Positions 30,887 through 40,808 are shown, numbered from the stretch's first letter. The stretch: DNA of 64,000 nt from an uncultured Blautia sp. (GCA_947654165.1 CANTKB010000019.1:191-64190); one strand, 5' to 3'. Notes: generated from the letters alone by a model not told the origin. Numbers and translations are program-made.

Positions 30887-32671
30887 ATGCTTAGAAGTGA
30901 AGAAGTAAGAAAACTTGCCCCGGAAATGGATCCGCTCCGTATGGGAATGGGCTGGAAAGTATCAGACTTGTCAAAACCCCAGATTATGGTAGAAAGCTCT
31001 TATGGTGACAGCCATCCGGGATCTGCTCATCTGAATCAGTTTGTAGAAGAAGCAGTAAATGCTGTGGATGCCAATGGCGGAAAAGCAGCCAGATATTTTG
31101 CTACGGATATGTGTGACGGTATCGCACAGGGACATGATGGAATCAACTATTCTCTTGCACACAGAGATGCCATTGTAAACCTTGTAGAAGCACAGGCAAA
31201 TGCTACAGTATTTGACGGAGGGGTGTTTATTGCAAGCTGCGATAAATCCATGCCGGCAATGCTGATGAGCATCGGGCGTCTCAAAGAAATGAGTGCCATC
31301 GTAGTATCCGGCGGTGTTATGGAAGCACATGAACTTCCGGAGAAGTATATTGTGAACGATCCTGCCTGTAAAATGAATGAATTGCTGACTTTGGAGCAGA
31401 TTGGAAAGTTTGACGCATGGGAGAAGACAGGCGTTATCTCTAATGAACAGTTGGACTACTATAAGCAGCATGCATGTCCTGGATGCGGAGCATGTTCCTT
31501 TATGGGAACTGCCTCTACCATGCAGATCATGGCAGAGGCTCTCGGACTTATGCTGCCGGGTACCGCTCTGATGCCTTCTACAGCACCTGAGTTAAAAGAA
31601 GCTGCCTATCAGGCAGGAAAACAGGTCATGGAACTGGTTGCAAAAGGAGTGAAAGCTTCTGATATTGTAACAATGAAGAGTTTTGAAAATGCGATCATGG
31701 TTCACGCTGCCATTTCCGGTTCTACCAATGCAACTATGCATATTCCGGCGATCGCTCATGAGTTTGGATTTGAGATTGATGCGGATACCTTTGACCGTCT
31801 GCATAGAGGGGCGCATTATCTGCTGAATATTCGTCCTTCCGGGGACTGGCCGGCACAGTATTTTTATTATGCAGGCGGAGTACCGAGAGTAATGGAAGAG
31901 ATTAAGAGTATGCTTCATTTAGATGTCATGACCGTTACCGGAAAGACATTGGGAGAAAATCTGGAAGAACTGAAGAAAAACGGATTTTATGAGCATTGTG
32001 AAGAAATTCTCCGTGAGAAATCAAAACTGATCGGAAAAGAGATTGACCGGGAAGATATTATCCATTCCTTTGATAATGCAAAGGGAACCGACGGAAGCAT
32101 TGCTATCCTGAAAGGAAACCTGGCACCGGAAGGCTGCGTCATTAAACATACGGCCTGCCCGAAAAATATGTTTCAGGCAGTGCTGCGTGCAAAACCTTAT
32201 GACAGCGAAGAGGAATGCATTGCAGCAGTTCTTCATGGGGAAGTGAAACCGGGAGATGCCATTTTCATCCGTTACGAGGGACCGAGAGGAAGCGGAATGC
32301 CGGAGATGTTCTACACAGGAGAGGCAATCTGTGCGGATCCGGCACTGGCAAAAAGTGTGGCACTGATCACAGACGGACGTTTCTCAGGAGCATCCAGAGG
32401 CCCTGTGATCGGACATGTCTCACCAGAGGCAGCAGCAGGCGGACCTATTGCACTTGTGGAAGAAGAGGATCTCATTGAACTGGATGTGGAAAAACGCAGC
32501 ATAGCCATTGTCGGTGTAAAAGGAGAAAAGAAGACACCGGAAGAGATGGAACAGATCCTTGCTGAAAGAAGAGCAAATTGGAAAGGTTTTGAAAGCAAAT
32601 ATAAGAGCGGGCTTTTGAAATTATATGCCCAGCATGCAGTAAGCTCTATGAAGGGTGCTTACATGGAATAA
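30887..32671 (+). CDS. IlvD/Edd-family dehydratase, probably sugar-acid (gluconate-type)
   Basis: CDG, CDK, GACSFMGTA, GSTN, GMPEM and TDGRFSG; context next to a GntP permease. Confidence 0.85.
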   Translation: MLRSEEVRKLAPEMDPLRMGMGWKVSDLSKPQIMVESSYGDSHPGSAHLNQFVEEAVNAVDANGGKAARYFATDMCDGIAQGHDGINYSLAHRDAIVNLVEAQANATVFDGGVFIASCDKSMPAMLMSIGRLKEMSAIVVSGGVMEAHELPEKYIVNDPACKMNELLTLEQIGKFDAWEKTGVISNEQLDYYKQHACPGCGACSFMGTASTMQIMAEALGLMLPGTALMPSTAPELKEAAYQAGKQVMELVAKGVKASDIVTMKSFENAIMVHAAISGSTNATMHIPAIAHEFGFEIDADTFDRLHRGAHYLLNIRPSGDWPAQYFYYAGGVPRVMEEIKSMLHLDVMTVTGKTLGENLEELKKNGFYEHCEEILREKSKLIGKEIDREDIIHSFDNAKGTDGSIAILKGNLAPEGCVIKHTACPKNMFQAVLRAKPYDSEEECIAAVLHGEVKPGDAIFIRYEGPRGSGMPEMFYTGEAICADPALAKSVALITDGRFSGASRGPVIGHVSPEAAAGGPIALVEEEDLIELDVEKRSIAIVGVKGEKKTPEEMEQILAERRANWKGFESKYKSGLLKLYAQHAVSSMKGAYME

Positions 32672-32684
32672 AATAAGAGAAAAG

Positions 32685-32723
32685 AAATCCGGGAGCAGAG
32701 AAAACCAGCTCCCGGATTTTTTT
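32685..32723 (+). terminator. Terminator after the dehydratase
   Basis: AAATCCGGGAGC/GCTCCCGGATTT followed by a T tract. Confidence 0.75.
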
Positions 32724-32733
32724 GAAAAAGTTA

Positions 32734-32783
32734 TTGACATATGTCAGAATAGCGTTATAATGATATTAAAGTGACATATGTCA
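32734..32783 (+). promoter_or_regulatory. Promoter with two perfect TGACATATGTCA palindromes
   Basis: TTGACA 32734-32739, TATAAT 32756-32761; palindromes at 32735-32746 and 32772-32783. Confidence 0.75.
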
Positions 32784-32800
32784 GAAATGGAGGTGTAAAT

Positions 32801-33160
32801 ATGCCAAGGCCAACCAAATGCAGAAAAGTATGTAAACTTCCGGAAATCCTGGCATTTGCTCCGGTAGGATCTAATAGAGATGGAAGAACAGTGATTCTTA
32901 CAGTAGATGAATACGAAACCATTCGATTGATCGACCGGGAAGGCTTTTCCCAGGAAGAGTGCAGTGCATACATGCAGGTTGCACGTACCACGGTTCAGCA
33001 GATTTACACAAGTGCCAGAAGGAAACTGGCCATTGCCATTGTAGACGGGCTTCCCATCCGTATCGAGGGAGGAAATTATCAGCTCTGTGATGGCAAGGAA
33101 GGTTATTGCAGGTGCGGTGGTTGTAAGAAACATCGTATGCAAAGGGAGGAATGTAAATGA
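32801..33160 (+). CDS. DUF134 family HTH protein
   Basis: MPRPTKCRKV...DEYETIRLID..GFSQEEC...VARTTVQ...I.GGNY with Cys-rich tail. Confidence 0.88.
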   Translation: MPRPTKCRKVCKLPEILAFAPVGSNRDGRTVILTVDEYETIRLIDREGFSQEECSAYMQVARTTVQQIYTSARRKLAIAIVDGLPIRIEGGNYQLCDGKEGYCRCGGCKKHRMQREECK

Positions 33161-33513
33161 AAGTAATAATTCCATTAGATGAAGACCAGAAGATGATCTG
33201 TCCTATGTTTGGCAGGGCACCTTATTTTGGCATCTTCGATACAGAGCAGGAGACATCAGAAATCAAAGAAAATCCGGCAGCCAATGCACAGGGAGGTGCA
33301 GGACTGGAAGCAGCACAGTTTGTTCTGGACTGTCATGCCGATGTGCTGATCACACCAAGATGTGGAAAAAACTCAGCGGAAGTCTTGCAGGAAGCAGAAA
33401 TAAAAATTTATAAATCAGAGGGCTCTGATTCCAGAGAAAATCTCAAGGCATTTCAGAGCGGGAAGTTGGCAGTGCTGGATCATTTTCATGGAGGCTATCA
33501 GGGAATACGATGA
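33157..33513 (+). CDS. NifB/NifX-family metal-cluster-binding protein (orange-protein-like)
   Basis: FGRAPYF, NPAANAQGGAG and CGKN motifs. Confidence 0.82.
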   Translation: MKVIIPLDEDQKMICPMFGRAPYFGIFDTEQETSEIKENPAANAQGGAGLEAAQFVLDCHADVLITPRCGKNSAEVLQEAEIKIYKSEGSDSRENLKAFQSGKLAVLDHFHGGYQGIR

Positions 33514-34346
33514 AAATAGCAGTTCTAAGTGGAAAAGGCGGGGCTGGGAAAACATTTACTGCGGTAAATCTGGCGGCAGCGGCAGAGAAAGCAGTTTATA
33601 TTGATTGTGATGTGGAAGAGCCAAACGGACGTCTCTTTTTTCAACCACAGGGGATACAAAAAGAAGAAGTTACCACAAAACTTCCGGAGTTTGACCCAAC
33701 AAAATGTAATGGTTGTAAGGCGTGTGTAGAATTTTGTAAGTTTCATGCCCTGATTTATATTAAAGAGAAGCCGAAGGTGTTTCAGGAGGTATGCCATGCC
33801 TGCGGCGGGTGCTCTCTGGTGTGTCCAAATCAGGCAGTCAGTGAGAAAGAACGTCCGGTGGGAATGCTGGAAACGGGCTGTCACGGGGAGGTTCGGGTGA
33901 TCACAGGTATTTTGAACCTGGGGGAAGCCTCCGCAGTTCCGGTGATAAAAAAAGCCTTGCAGAAGGGGGGTTCCGAGGAGAAGGACATCATCATTGATTG
34001 TCCTCCGGGAAGTGCCTGTTCCGTGATGGAAAGCATAGAAGATGCAGATTACTGTCTGCTGGTAGCAGAGCCTACAGCCTTTGGATTCCATAATTTCTGT
34101 ATGGTTCATGAATTAGCCGGAGTGTTAGGAAAACCATGCGGTGTTGTGATCAATAAATATGAAGAAGTTTATGAGCCTCTGGAGGACTATTGCAGAGAAT
34201 ATGAACTTCCGGTGCTTCTTAGGATTCCCTATGAAGAAGAAATTGCTTCTGCTGTCTCAAAAGGAAAGATTCTCTCAGAACAATCACCGGAATATAAAGA
34301 AAGATTCCAGGCATTGTTAAGCCGCATAGGAGGTGAGAATCTATGA
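33510..34346 (+). CDS. MinD-like P-loop ATPase with inserted 2x[4Fe-4S] ferredoxin domain
   Basis: SGKGGAGKT, DCDVEEPN, CxxCxxCxxxC twice and DCPPG. Confidence 0.88.
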   Translation: MKIAVLSGKGGAGKTFTAVNLAAAAEKAVYIDCDVEEPNGRLFFQPQGIQKEEVTTKLPEFDPTKCNGCKACVEFCKFHALIYIKEKPKVFQEVCHACGGCSLVCPNQAVSEKERPVGMLETGCHGEVRVITGILNLGEASAVPVIKKALQKGGSEEKDIIIDCPPGSACSVMESIEDADYCLLVAEPTAFGFHNFCMVHELAGVLGKPCGVVINKYEEVYEPLEDYCREYELPVLLRIPYEEEIASAVSKGKILSEQSPEYKERFQALLSRIGGENL

Positions 34347-35206
34347 AGCGTTTATTAGTTCTCAGCGGAAAAGGCGGAACAGGAAAAACAACCGTTTCTT
34401 CCTCGTTCATTGATTTTTCACAGGCAAAGGCTATTGCGGATTGTGATGTGGATGCACCAAATCTGCATTTGATCACAAAAGTAGATACAGAGCCGGAATA
34501 TTCGGATTTTATAGGTGCCAAAAAAGCATACATAGATCCCCGGAAGTGCATTGGCTGCGGTAAATGTCAGGAAACCTGCCGATTTCAGGCAATTCAGAAA
34601 AAAGAGACGGTTTGCGAAGTGACAGATTATGCGTGCGAGGGCTGCGGTGTCTGTGAATACGTATGTCCCGCAGATGCTGTTAGCATGAAAGAAGATGTGG
34701 CAGGCAGGATGGCCTTGTATCGTGGTGAAAGAGTGTTTTCCACGGCGTCCCTGAAAATGGGACGTGGGAATTCAGGAAAACTGGTAACATCTGTAAAACT
34801 GGCTATGTTAAAAGCAGCACCAGATACAGAACTAGCGATTATAGATGGTTCACCTGGAATCGGCTGTCCGGTGATTGCATCCATGAGTGGAATGGATTTG
34901 ATTTTAATCGTTGCAGAACCGTCGGTTTCCGGAATCAGTGATCTGGAACGTCTGGTTGATACGGCAGAATCTTTTCAGATACCGATTGCGGTATGTGCTA
35001 ATAAGTGGAATACCAATCCAGATAAAACAAAAGAAATTCAGGAATATTGTGTGAAAAGGGGGATATCCTTTGTGGGGAAAATCCCTTATGATAAAGCGGT
35101 TCCGGCTGCTGTAAATGCCGGAAAAAGTGTTGCTCTGCTGGATTGTCAGGCACGGACTGCATTATTGCAGATTTATGAAGCTGTTAGAAATAAATTAAAT
35201 ATATAA
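34343..35206 (+). CDS. Second MinD-like P-loop ATPase with 2x[4Fe-4S] domain
   Basis: SGKGGTGKT, DCDVDAPN, CxxCxxCxxxC twice and DGSPGIGCP. Confidence 0.88.
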   Translation: MKRLLVLSGKGGTGKTTVSSSFIDFSQAKAIADCDVDAPNLHLITKVDTEPEYSDFIGAKKAYIDPRKCIGCGKCQETCRFQAIQKKETVCEVTDYACEGCGVCEYVCPADAVSMKEDVAGRMALYRGERVFSTASLKMGRGNSGKLVTSVKLAMLKAAPDTELAIIDGSPGIGCPVIASMSGMDLILIVAEPSVSGISDLERLVDTAESFQIPIAVCANKWNTNPDKTKEIQEYCVKRGISFVGKIPYDKAVPAAVNAGKSVALLDCQARTALLQIYEAVRNKLNI

Positions 35207-35226
35207 ATGAAAAGGAGATTACTATT

Positions 35227-35586
35227 ATGAAGATTGTTGTTGCTGCTATGGGAAAAGAAGTTGCTGGTCATTTTGGTCATTGTGAGAATTTTATTTTCTT
35301 TGATACAGAAGGAGATAAGATCGTTGCAGAAAACAGTGTTCCAAATCCTGGACATCGTCCTGGATTTTTGCCGAATTTCCTGGCTGACCACGGTGCAGAA
35401 GTGATCATTTCCGGTGGAATGGGCGGCGGAGCCGTAGATATTTTCAATGAGCGAGGCGTAGAAGTTGTTGTGGGTGCACAGGGAGATGCAAGAGAAAATG
35501 TAGAAGCTTACTTAAAAGGAGAGCTGGTATCTACAGGTTCTATCTGCCATGAGCACGAACATGCACATGAGTGCGGAGAACACTAA
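35227..35586 (+). CDS. NifB/NifX-family protein with His/Cys-rich tail
   Basis: HFGHCENF, GGMGGGA and C-terminal CHEHEHAHECGEH. Confidence 0.85.
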   Translation: MKIVVAAMGKEVAGHFGHCENFIFFDTEGDKIVAENSVPNPGHRPGFLPNFLADHGAEVIISGGMGGGAVDIFNERGVEVVVGAQGDARENVEAYLKGELVSTGSICHEHEHAHECGEH

Positions 35587-35708
35587 ACAGAATGTTCTTG
35601 AAAAACTAGACTAAAATAGTATATAATAATGCTGATTATATTTCTACAGGATCGTAGTTTGTAATCAGCATTTTTTATATAGAAAAACAGTGAAAAGGAG
35701 TATGTTTT

Positions 35709-36944
35709 ATGGGATTTTCGTTGGAGATTAGTGTTCCTGTGATGACGGTATTTTTTCAGGGACTGCTTAGTTTCTTTTCGCCCTGTGTATTGCCGCTGAT
35801 TCCCATTTATATTGGTTATCTTTCAGGAGGAACCGGACACATAGGAGAAGACGGAAGAATTCATTTTAAACGAAGTAAGGTTTTGCTTCACACAGCATTT
35901 TTTGTTGTGGGAGTCAGTTTTGCCTTTTTCCTCCTGGGATTGGGATTCTCGGTCATGGGAAATTTTCTGAAAGAAAATCAGATCTGGTTTGCCAGAATCG
36001 GAGGTGTGATCGTAATTTTATTTGGCCTGTATCAGATGGGGTTTTTAGGAAAAAGTTATTTCCTGGGGAAAGAGAGAAGACTGCCCTTTCAGTTGGATCT
36101 CCTTGCCATGTCTCCGGTAACGGCACTGGTAATGGGATTTACCTTTAGTTTTGCCTGGACACCTTGTGTAGGACCTGCACTTGCCAGTGTGCTGCTGATG
36201 ACAGCGTCTGCGGCAACGAAGACTGCAGGATTTTTGTATATCGCTGTTTATACAGCAGGTTTTGTGCTTCCGTTTCTGGCAGTTGGACTTTTTACCACAA
36301 CTCTTTTGGAGTTCTTTAAAAACCATATGAAAGTGGTTCATTATACGGTGAAAATAGGAGGTCTTCTTATGATCTTTATGGGACTTCTCATGCTTACGGG
36401 AAAAATGAACGCTGTTTCAGGAGCTTTATCTTCCTCAGAAACTCAGAAAGAAGCCACAAAGACGGAAACAGAGCAGGAAGAAACGGCAGAAGAAGCAAAG
36501 GTTGTACCTGCCATAGATTTTACATTGAAAGATCAGTATGGGAATACACATACCTTGTCTGACTATAAGGGAAAAACTATATTTTTGAATTTTTGGGCTA
36601 CCTGGTGTCCTCCCTGTAGAGCAGAGATGCCTGATATACAGAAATTATATGAAGAGTTTCAGCAGAAAAAGGAAGATATCGTAATCCTGGGCATAGCAGC
36701 ACCGAATTTTGGAAATGAAAAATCAGAGGAAGAGATTAAAGGATTTTTAGAAGAAAACGGTTATACCTATCCGGTTGTTATGGATACGGAGGCAGAAATA
36801 TTTCAGGCATATGGAATCACTTCTTTTCCTACTACCTTTATGATTGATAAAGATGGAAATGTTTTTGGGTATATTCCCGGACAGTTAAGTGAAGACACTA
36901 TGCGAGATATTATTGAGCAGACCGTGAACGGAAAAAGAAGATAG
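35709..36944 (+). CDS. CcdA/DsbD transmembrane domain fused to a TlpA-like redoxin
   Basis: SPCVLP, WTPCVGP and NFWATWCPPC. Confidence 0.9.
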   Translation: MGFSLEISVPVMTVFFQGLLSFFSPCVLPLIPIYIGYLSGGTGHIGEDGRIHFKRSKVLLHTAFFVVGVSFAFFLLGLGFSVMGNFLKENQIWFARIGGVIVILFGLYQMGFLGKSYFLGKERRLPFQLDLLAMSPVTALVMGFTFSFAWTPCVGPALASVLLMTASAATKTAGFLYIAVYTAGFVLPFLAVGLFTTTLLEFFKNHMKVVHYTVKIGGLLMIFMGLLMLTGKMNAVSGALSSSETQKEATKTETEQEETAEEAKVVPAIDFTLKDQYGNTHTLSDYKGKTIFLNFWATWCPPCRAEMPDIQKLYEEFQQKKEDIVILGIAAPNFGNEKSEEEIKGFLEENGYTYPVVMDTEAEIFQAYGITSFPTTFMIDKDGNVFGYIPGQLSEDTMRDIIEQTVNGKRR

Positions 36945-36997
36945 AAAAGTCCGGACAGACATAGGAGTTGGAACCTCCAAGTCTGTCCGGACTTTTT
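36945..36997. terminator. Bidirectional terminator between ccdA-redoxin and the tRNA-Gly pair
   Basis: 16-bp perfect inverted repeat AAAAGTCCGGACAGAC/GTCTGTCCGGACTTTT. Confidence 0.8.
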
Positions 36998-37025
36998 AAG
37001 TTGTATCTTCTCGAAAAATAAAAAA

Positions 37026-37098
37026 AGCGCGAGACGGGACTCGAACCCGCGGCCTCGACCTTGGCAAGGTCGCACTCCACCAACTGAGCCACTCGCGC
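37026..37098 (-). tRNA. tRNA-Gly(GCC)
   Basis: Reverse complement GCGCGAGTGGCTCAGTTGGTGGAGTGCGACCTTGCCAAGGTCG...GGTTCGAGTCCCGTCTCGCGCT; CCA not encoded. Confidence 0.96.
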
Positions 37099-37101
37099 AT
37101 A

Positions 37102-37172
37102 AGCGGGTGATGGGAATCGAACCCACATATCCAGCTTGGAAGGCTGGTGTTCTACCACTGAACTACACCCGC
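37102..37172 (-). tRNA. tRNA-Gly(TCC)
   Basis: Reverse complement GCGGGTGTAGTTCAGTGGTAGAACACCAGCCTTCCAAGCTGG...GGTTCGATTCCCATCACCCGCT. Confidence 0.96.
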
Positions 37173-37210
37173 AGGTTTATGTTGTTGTTTGTTGTCCTGA
37201 CGACTTATTT

Positions 37211-37239
37211 ATAATACAATAAGAAAAAGGAAATGTCAA
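37211..37239 (-). promoter_or_regulatory. Sigma-A promoter of the tRNA-Gly pair
   Basis: Minus strand TTGACA, 17 nt, TATTAT, with an upstream A/T-tract. Confidence 0.7.
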
Positions 37240-37336
37240 CACTTTTTTGAAAAAAATTAATTTTTTTTATTTTTCACACATCTTCTTCAAATTTAAAGAG
37301 GAAAGAGGCTGTGACATCTCACAGCCTCTGATTATG

Positions 37337-38059
37337 TTAGGGGTGTTGTACAAAGCGGTTATAGATGAACTGATTCGCTTCTTTTTCCTGGGTGTCATCC
37401 AATGGAGAAAGAGTACCGTTTCCATATTTTCTCTCCAGGGCATTGGAGAGAAGATAATCGCAGATGTGCGGATTTTTCGGAAGCAGCGGGCCATGGAGGT
37501 AAGTACCTACCACATTTTTGTATAAGACACCTTCCGTTCCGTCTTCCCCATTATTGCCATGTCCGTAGAGAACCTTGCCGAAAGGCTTATTGTCTCCGAT
37601 ATAAGTTCTTCCGCCATGGTTTTCAAACCCTACGATTGGAAGAGAAAAGTCAGGATTTTCCAGAATAATGTTGTCTATGAGTCGTGGGCTTCCCTGTTCG
37701 GTGTACAGATCGACCAGGGAGAGTCCCTCCAAAGTCCCTTCTTCGGTCTTGTAATAATGTCCGAGAAGCTGGTAACCTCCACATACAGCGATTACACTGC
37801 CGCCGTCTTCCACATAAGAATGGAAATCCTCACGTATGCTGCGAAGTTTGCTGCATACGATCCGCTGTTCACGATCAGAACCGCCGCCCAGCAGGACAAT
37901 ATCAAGTTTGGAGAAATCAATGGAATCTCCCATGCTGAATGCAATGATCTCAGCTTCGATTCCGCGCCAGGTGCTGCGTTTCATCATGCACTGGATATTT
38001 CCTCTGTCTCCATACAGATTTAACAGATCAGGGTATAAATGTCCGATGGTAAGTTTCAT
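37337..38059 (-). CDS. gatD: Lipid II isoglutaminyl synthase glutaminase subunit
   Basis: LNLYGDRGN, AVCGGYQLLG, GFENH and YLHGPLLPKNP; coupled to murT. Confidence 0.9.
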   Translation of the reverse strand: MKLTIGHLYPDLLNLYGDRGNIQCMMKRSTWRGIEAEIIAFSMGDSIDFSKLDIVLLGGGSDREQRIVCSKLRSIREDFHSYVEDGGSVIAVCGGYQLLGHYYKTEEGTLEGLSLVDLYTEQGSPRLIDNIILENPDFSLPIVGFENHGGRTYIGDNKPFGKVLYGHGNNGEDGTEGVLYKNVVGTYLHGPLLPKNPHICDYLLSNALERKYGNGTLSPLDDTQEKEANQFIYNRFVQHP

Positions 38060-39399
38060 GATTTCTTTCCCTCCAATCGTTTCAGGATATTATGGGTGGA
38101 ATAAAGTCCGGTATAATTTACCAGTAAATACAGATTTTTGGTTCCGTTTTCCAGTTTTGCCAGAATTGCTTTTTCAATATCAGGTTCCAAAACAGAATCA
38201 ATATCTACATATTTCAATCGTAGCTGCATATCACGGCAGCGGATTCCGCATACGGTGATAGAAGCAGCATTTGCATCTTTTAATCGGTCAAAGTCCACAT
38301 CCCAGAGCCAGGAAACATCGATTCCGTCCTGACTGTTGTCATTGATCAGAATGATAATGTCTTTTGGAGTCTCATCGGTCATGACGGATGAGATATTCTG
38401 ATTGAATCCGGCTGGGTTTTTGGCAAGATTTAAAAGGATTTTTGTTCCCTTAATTTCAAAAAGTTCGTTTCTTCCAAACTGAGGCGTATAGTTTCCTAAG
38501 ATCTGGTTGAAGTTTTCAAGGGAAACCTTCGCCATGGAGGCAGCTCCATATACCGCTAAAATATTATAGACATTATAAAAACCTCTGTAGTTTGCCTTGA
38601 TAGGGAAAGTACCTACCTGGAAGGAGAGACCGTCGGATAAAGAAACATTGGAGGCATCATAATCCGGAAGCGGACGTTTGAACCCACAATGAGGACAGTA
38701 ATAATCTCCTAACTGGCTGTAGTGGTAAAAATGATATTCCATTTTTTCACCGCAGCGTTTACAAAAACGACCTTCTCTGATTTCTTTTGTATCTTCTTCC
38801 GGAAGAACCCTTTCACTGATGCCGTAGAAGGCATGGGGATTCTTGTGTTCCAGTGTGAGACAGGCGGAGAGAGAATCATCAGCATTTGCAAGAATCTTCA
38901 TGTTTGGAGCCATCTCCATGGCAGTGGACAGCAATTCCATAGTGGTATCAATCTCTCCGTAGCGGTCAAGCTGGTCCCGAAACAGATTTGTGAGAATCAT
39001 GTAATCCGGCTGAAAGTGTGGAAATACCTTTACCGTAGAAGCCTCATCCACCTCGATGCAGGCGTAATCTGCCTTTAAATGACCTGACAATCCGGCATTT
39101 AAGACAAATGCGGAAACTACTCCGTTTAACATGTTGGAACCGGTATGATTACAAATAACTTTTTTATGATCGCCTTCCAGAACAGAAGCCAGAAGGTTGT
39201 TCGTAGTAGTCTTTCCGTTGGTACCGCAGACAACAAAAATATCTTGTTTTACCTCTTTGGCAAGCTCTTTCAGAATAGGCGGATAGATCGAAAGAGCTGC
39301 TTTTCCCGCCAGGGTAGCACCTTGTTTTCCTGTTAGCCGGCATGCGAATTTAATGAAATGAGCACTCCATACTGCCAGTAATCTTCGAATATTCATCAT
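38056..39399 (-). CDS. murT: Lipid II isoglutaminyl synthase ligase subunit
   Basis: GTNGKTTT, NLFRDQLDRYGE, CxxC..CxxC, LAKNPAG and DVSWLWD. Confidence 0.9.
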   Translation of the reverse strand: MMNIRRLLAVWSAHFIKFACRLTGKQGATLAGKAALSIYPPILKELAKEVKQDIFVVCGTNGKTTTNNLLASVLEGDHKKVICNHTGSNMLNGVVSAFVLNAGLSGHLKADYACIEVDEASTVKVFPHFQPDYMILTNLFRDQLDRYGEIDTTMELLSTAMEMAPNMKILANADDSLSACLTLEHKNPHAFYGISERVLPEEDTKEIREGRFCKRCGEKMEYHFYHYSQLGDYYCPHCGFKRPLPDYDASNVSLSDGLSFQVGTFPIKANYRGFYNVYNILAVYGAASMAKVSLENFNQILGNYTPQFGRNELFEIKGTKILLNLAKNPAGFNQNISSVMTDETPKDIIILINDNSQDGIDVSWLWDVDFDRLKDANAASITVCGIRCRDMQLRLKYVDIDSVLEPDIEKAILAKLENGTKNLYLLVNYTGLYSTHNILKRLEGKKS

Positions 39400-39624
39400 A
39401 ATATTTTTCCTTTATCTTGTTTTCAGGAGAATTCCTGTGTGTTTAGTATTTCAGTTTTCATTTATTCATTATACATAAAGACAAGAAAGAGTACAACCGA
39501 AGAGTTGCAAAAAAATTTACAGTCGAAAATTTAGGGTGGAAATATTGCAGACAGTGTGATACTATGAAAAAAGGAATTTGTTATGGTAGTGTGCGAAAAT
39601 ATTTCGCACGGAAGAGGAGGAAAA

Positions 39625-40518
39625 ATGAAACTGTTAACTTATAAACTCCCAGGTGAAGAGAAAGAACGTCTTGGGGTCATGAGCACGAAAGAATTACAGA
39701 AGATTATTCCGCTGGATGAACTGGGGTTAGAGTTTGAGGATATGAATGATCTGATTGACAGAATAAAACCGGAAGAGCTTGAACAGATCAGGAAGAACAG
39801 CAGTTGCTCAGAATTAGACATGCTGGATTATAAAGCGGTGGTTCATTGTTCTCCCATTCCACATCCCCGTCAGGATATTATCTGTCTTGGGCTGAATTTC
39901 ATGGATCATGCAAAAGAATCTACCAGATATAAGAAAGAAAGTTTCGATGGAGAGCGTCCTTATGCGGTTTATTTTTCTAAGAGAGTCCATGAGGCGACTC
40001 CGGACGGAGGAGAGATTCCATCTTATCAGGGGTTGGTAGACAGTCTGGATTATGAGGCAGAACTGGGTGTGATCATCGGGAAAGATGCGTTCCGGGTCAA
40101 GAGGGAGGATGCCTTTGACTATGTGTTTGGATATACGGTGATCAACGATGTCAGTGCAAGAAATATTCAAACTCGCCATAAACAGTGGTATTTTGGAAAG
40201 AGTATGGATGGGTTTACGCCTATGGGACCGTTTTTGGTGACAGAAGATGCTGTGCAGCGTCCTCCCGTGCTCACAATTAAAAGCAGGGTAAATGGGGTTC
40301 TGCGTCAGAATGGAAGAACAGATATGTTTATTTTTGATATTCCTCATGTGATTGAAGAATTGTCTCACGGAATGACATTAAAGGCTGGAACCATTATCTC
40401 TATGGGAACGCCGGCAGGTGTTGGTATGGGTATGATGCCGCCCAGATTTCTGTCACCGGGAGATGTGGTGGAATGCGGCGTAGAAGGTATTGGTGTGCTT
40501 ACCAACACGATTGTCTAG
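39625..40518 (+). CDS. Fumarylacetoacetate hydrolase family protein
   Basis: CLGLNF, DYEAELG, NDVSAR, GKSMD and GTPAGVG. Confidence 0.9.
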   Translation: MKLLTYKLPGEEKERLGVMSTKELQKIIPLDELGLEFEDMNDLIDRIKPEELEQIRKNSSCSELDMLDYKAVVHCSPIPHPRQDIICLGLNFMDHAKESTRYKKESFDGERPYAVYFSKRVHEATPDGGEIPSYQGLVDSLDYEAELGVIIGKDAFRVKREDAFDYVFGYTVINDVSARNIQTRHKQWYFGKSMDGFTPMGPFLVTEDAVQRPPVLTIKSRVNGVLRQNGRTDMFIFDIPHVIEELSHGMTLKAGTIISMGTPAGVGMGMMPPRFLSPGDVVECGVEGIGVLTNTIV

Positions 40519-40623
40519 AAGAAATAATAAATTTCTAAAAAAGAGGTTGAAATTTCATATTATCTGTGATAAGATTGCTTTGTTGCTGTAAGGTGGCAAT
40601 TTATCACAGATAATATCTTATTC

Positions 40624-40696
<73 letters not shown>

Positions 40697-40808
40697 TTTT
40701 TTTTTAACTCAAATGTCTTTGAGGAGAGAACATATATCTTTGCTAGAGGGAAAATGAGGGAAAGAAATAGAAAATAAGCATAAAATGGGAAAGGTCAGGT
40801 GGGAAAAT

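Noticed and set aside
33157..35586. Nitrogen fixation cluster
   Set aside because: NifB/NifX-family domains only; no nifH, nifD, nifK or radical-SAM NifB.
36803..37158. Minus-strand ORFs 36803-37126 and 36910-37158
   Set aside because: They are spurious translations across the two tRNA-Gly genes.
37026..37172. Genomic island integrated at tRNA-Gly (or tRNA-Phe)
   Set aside because: I found no duplicated tRNA 3' end and no integrase in the window.
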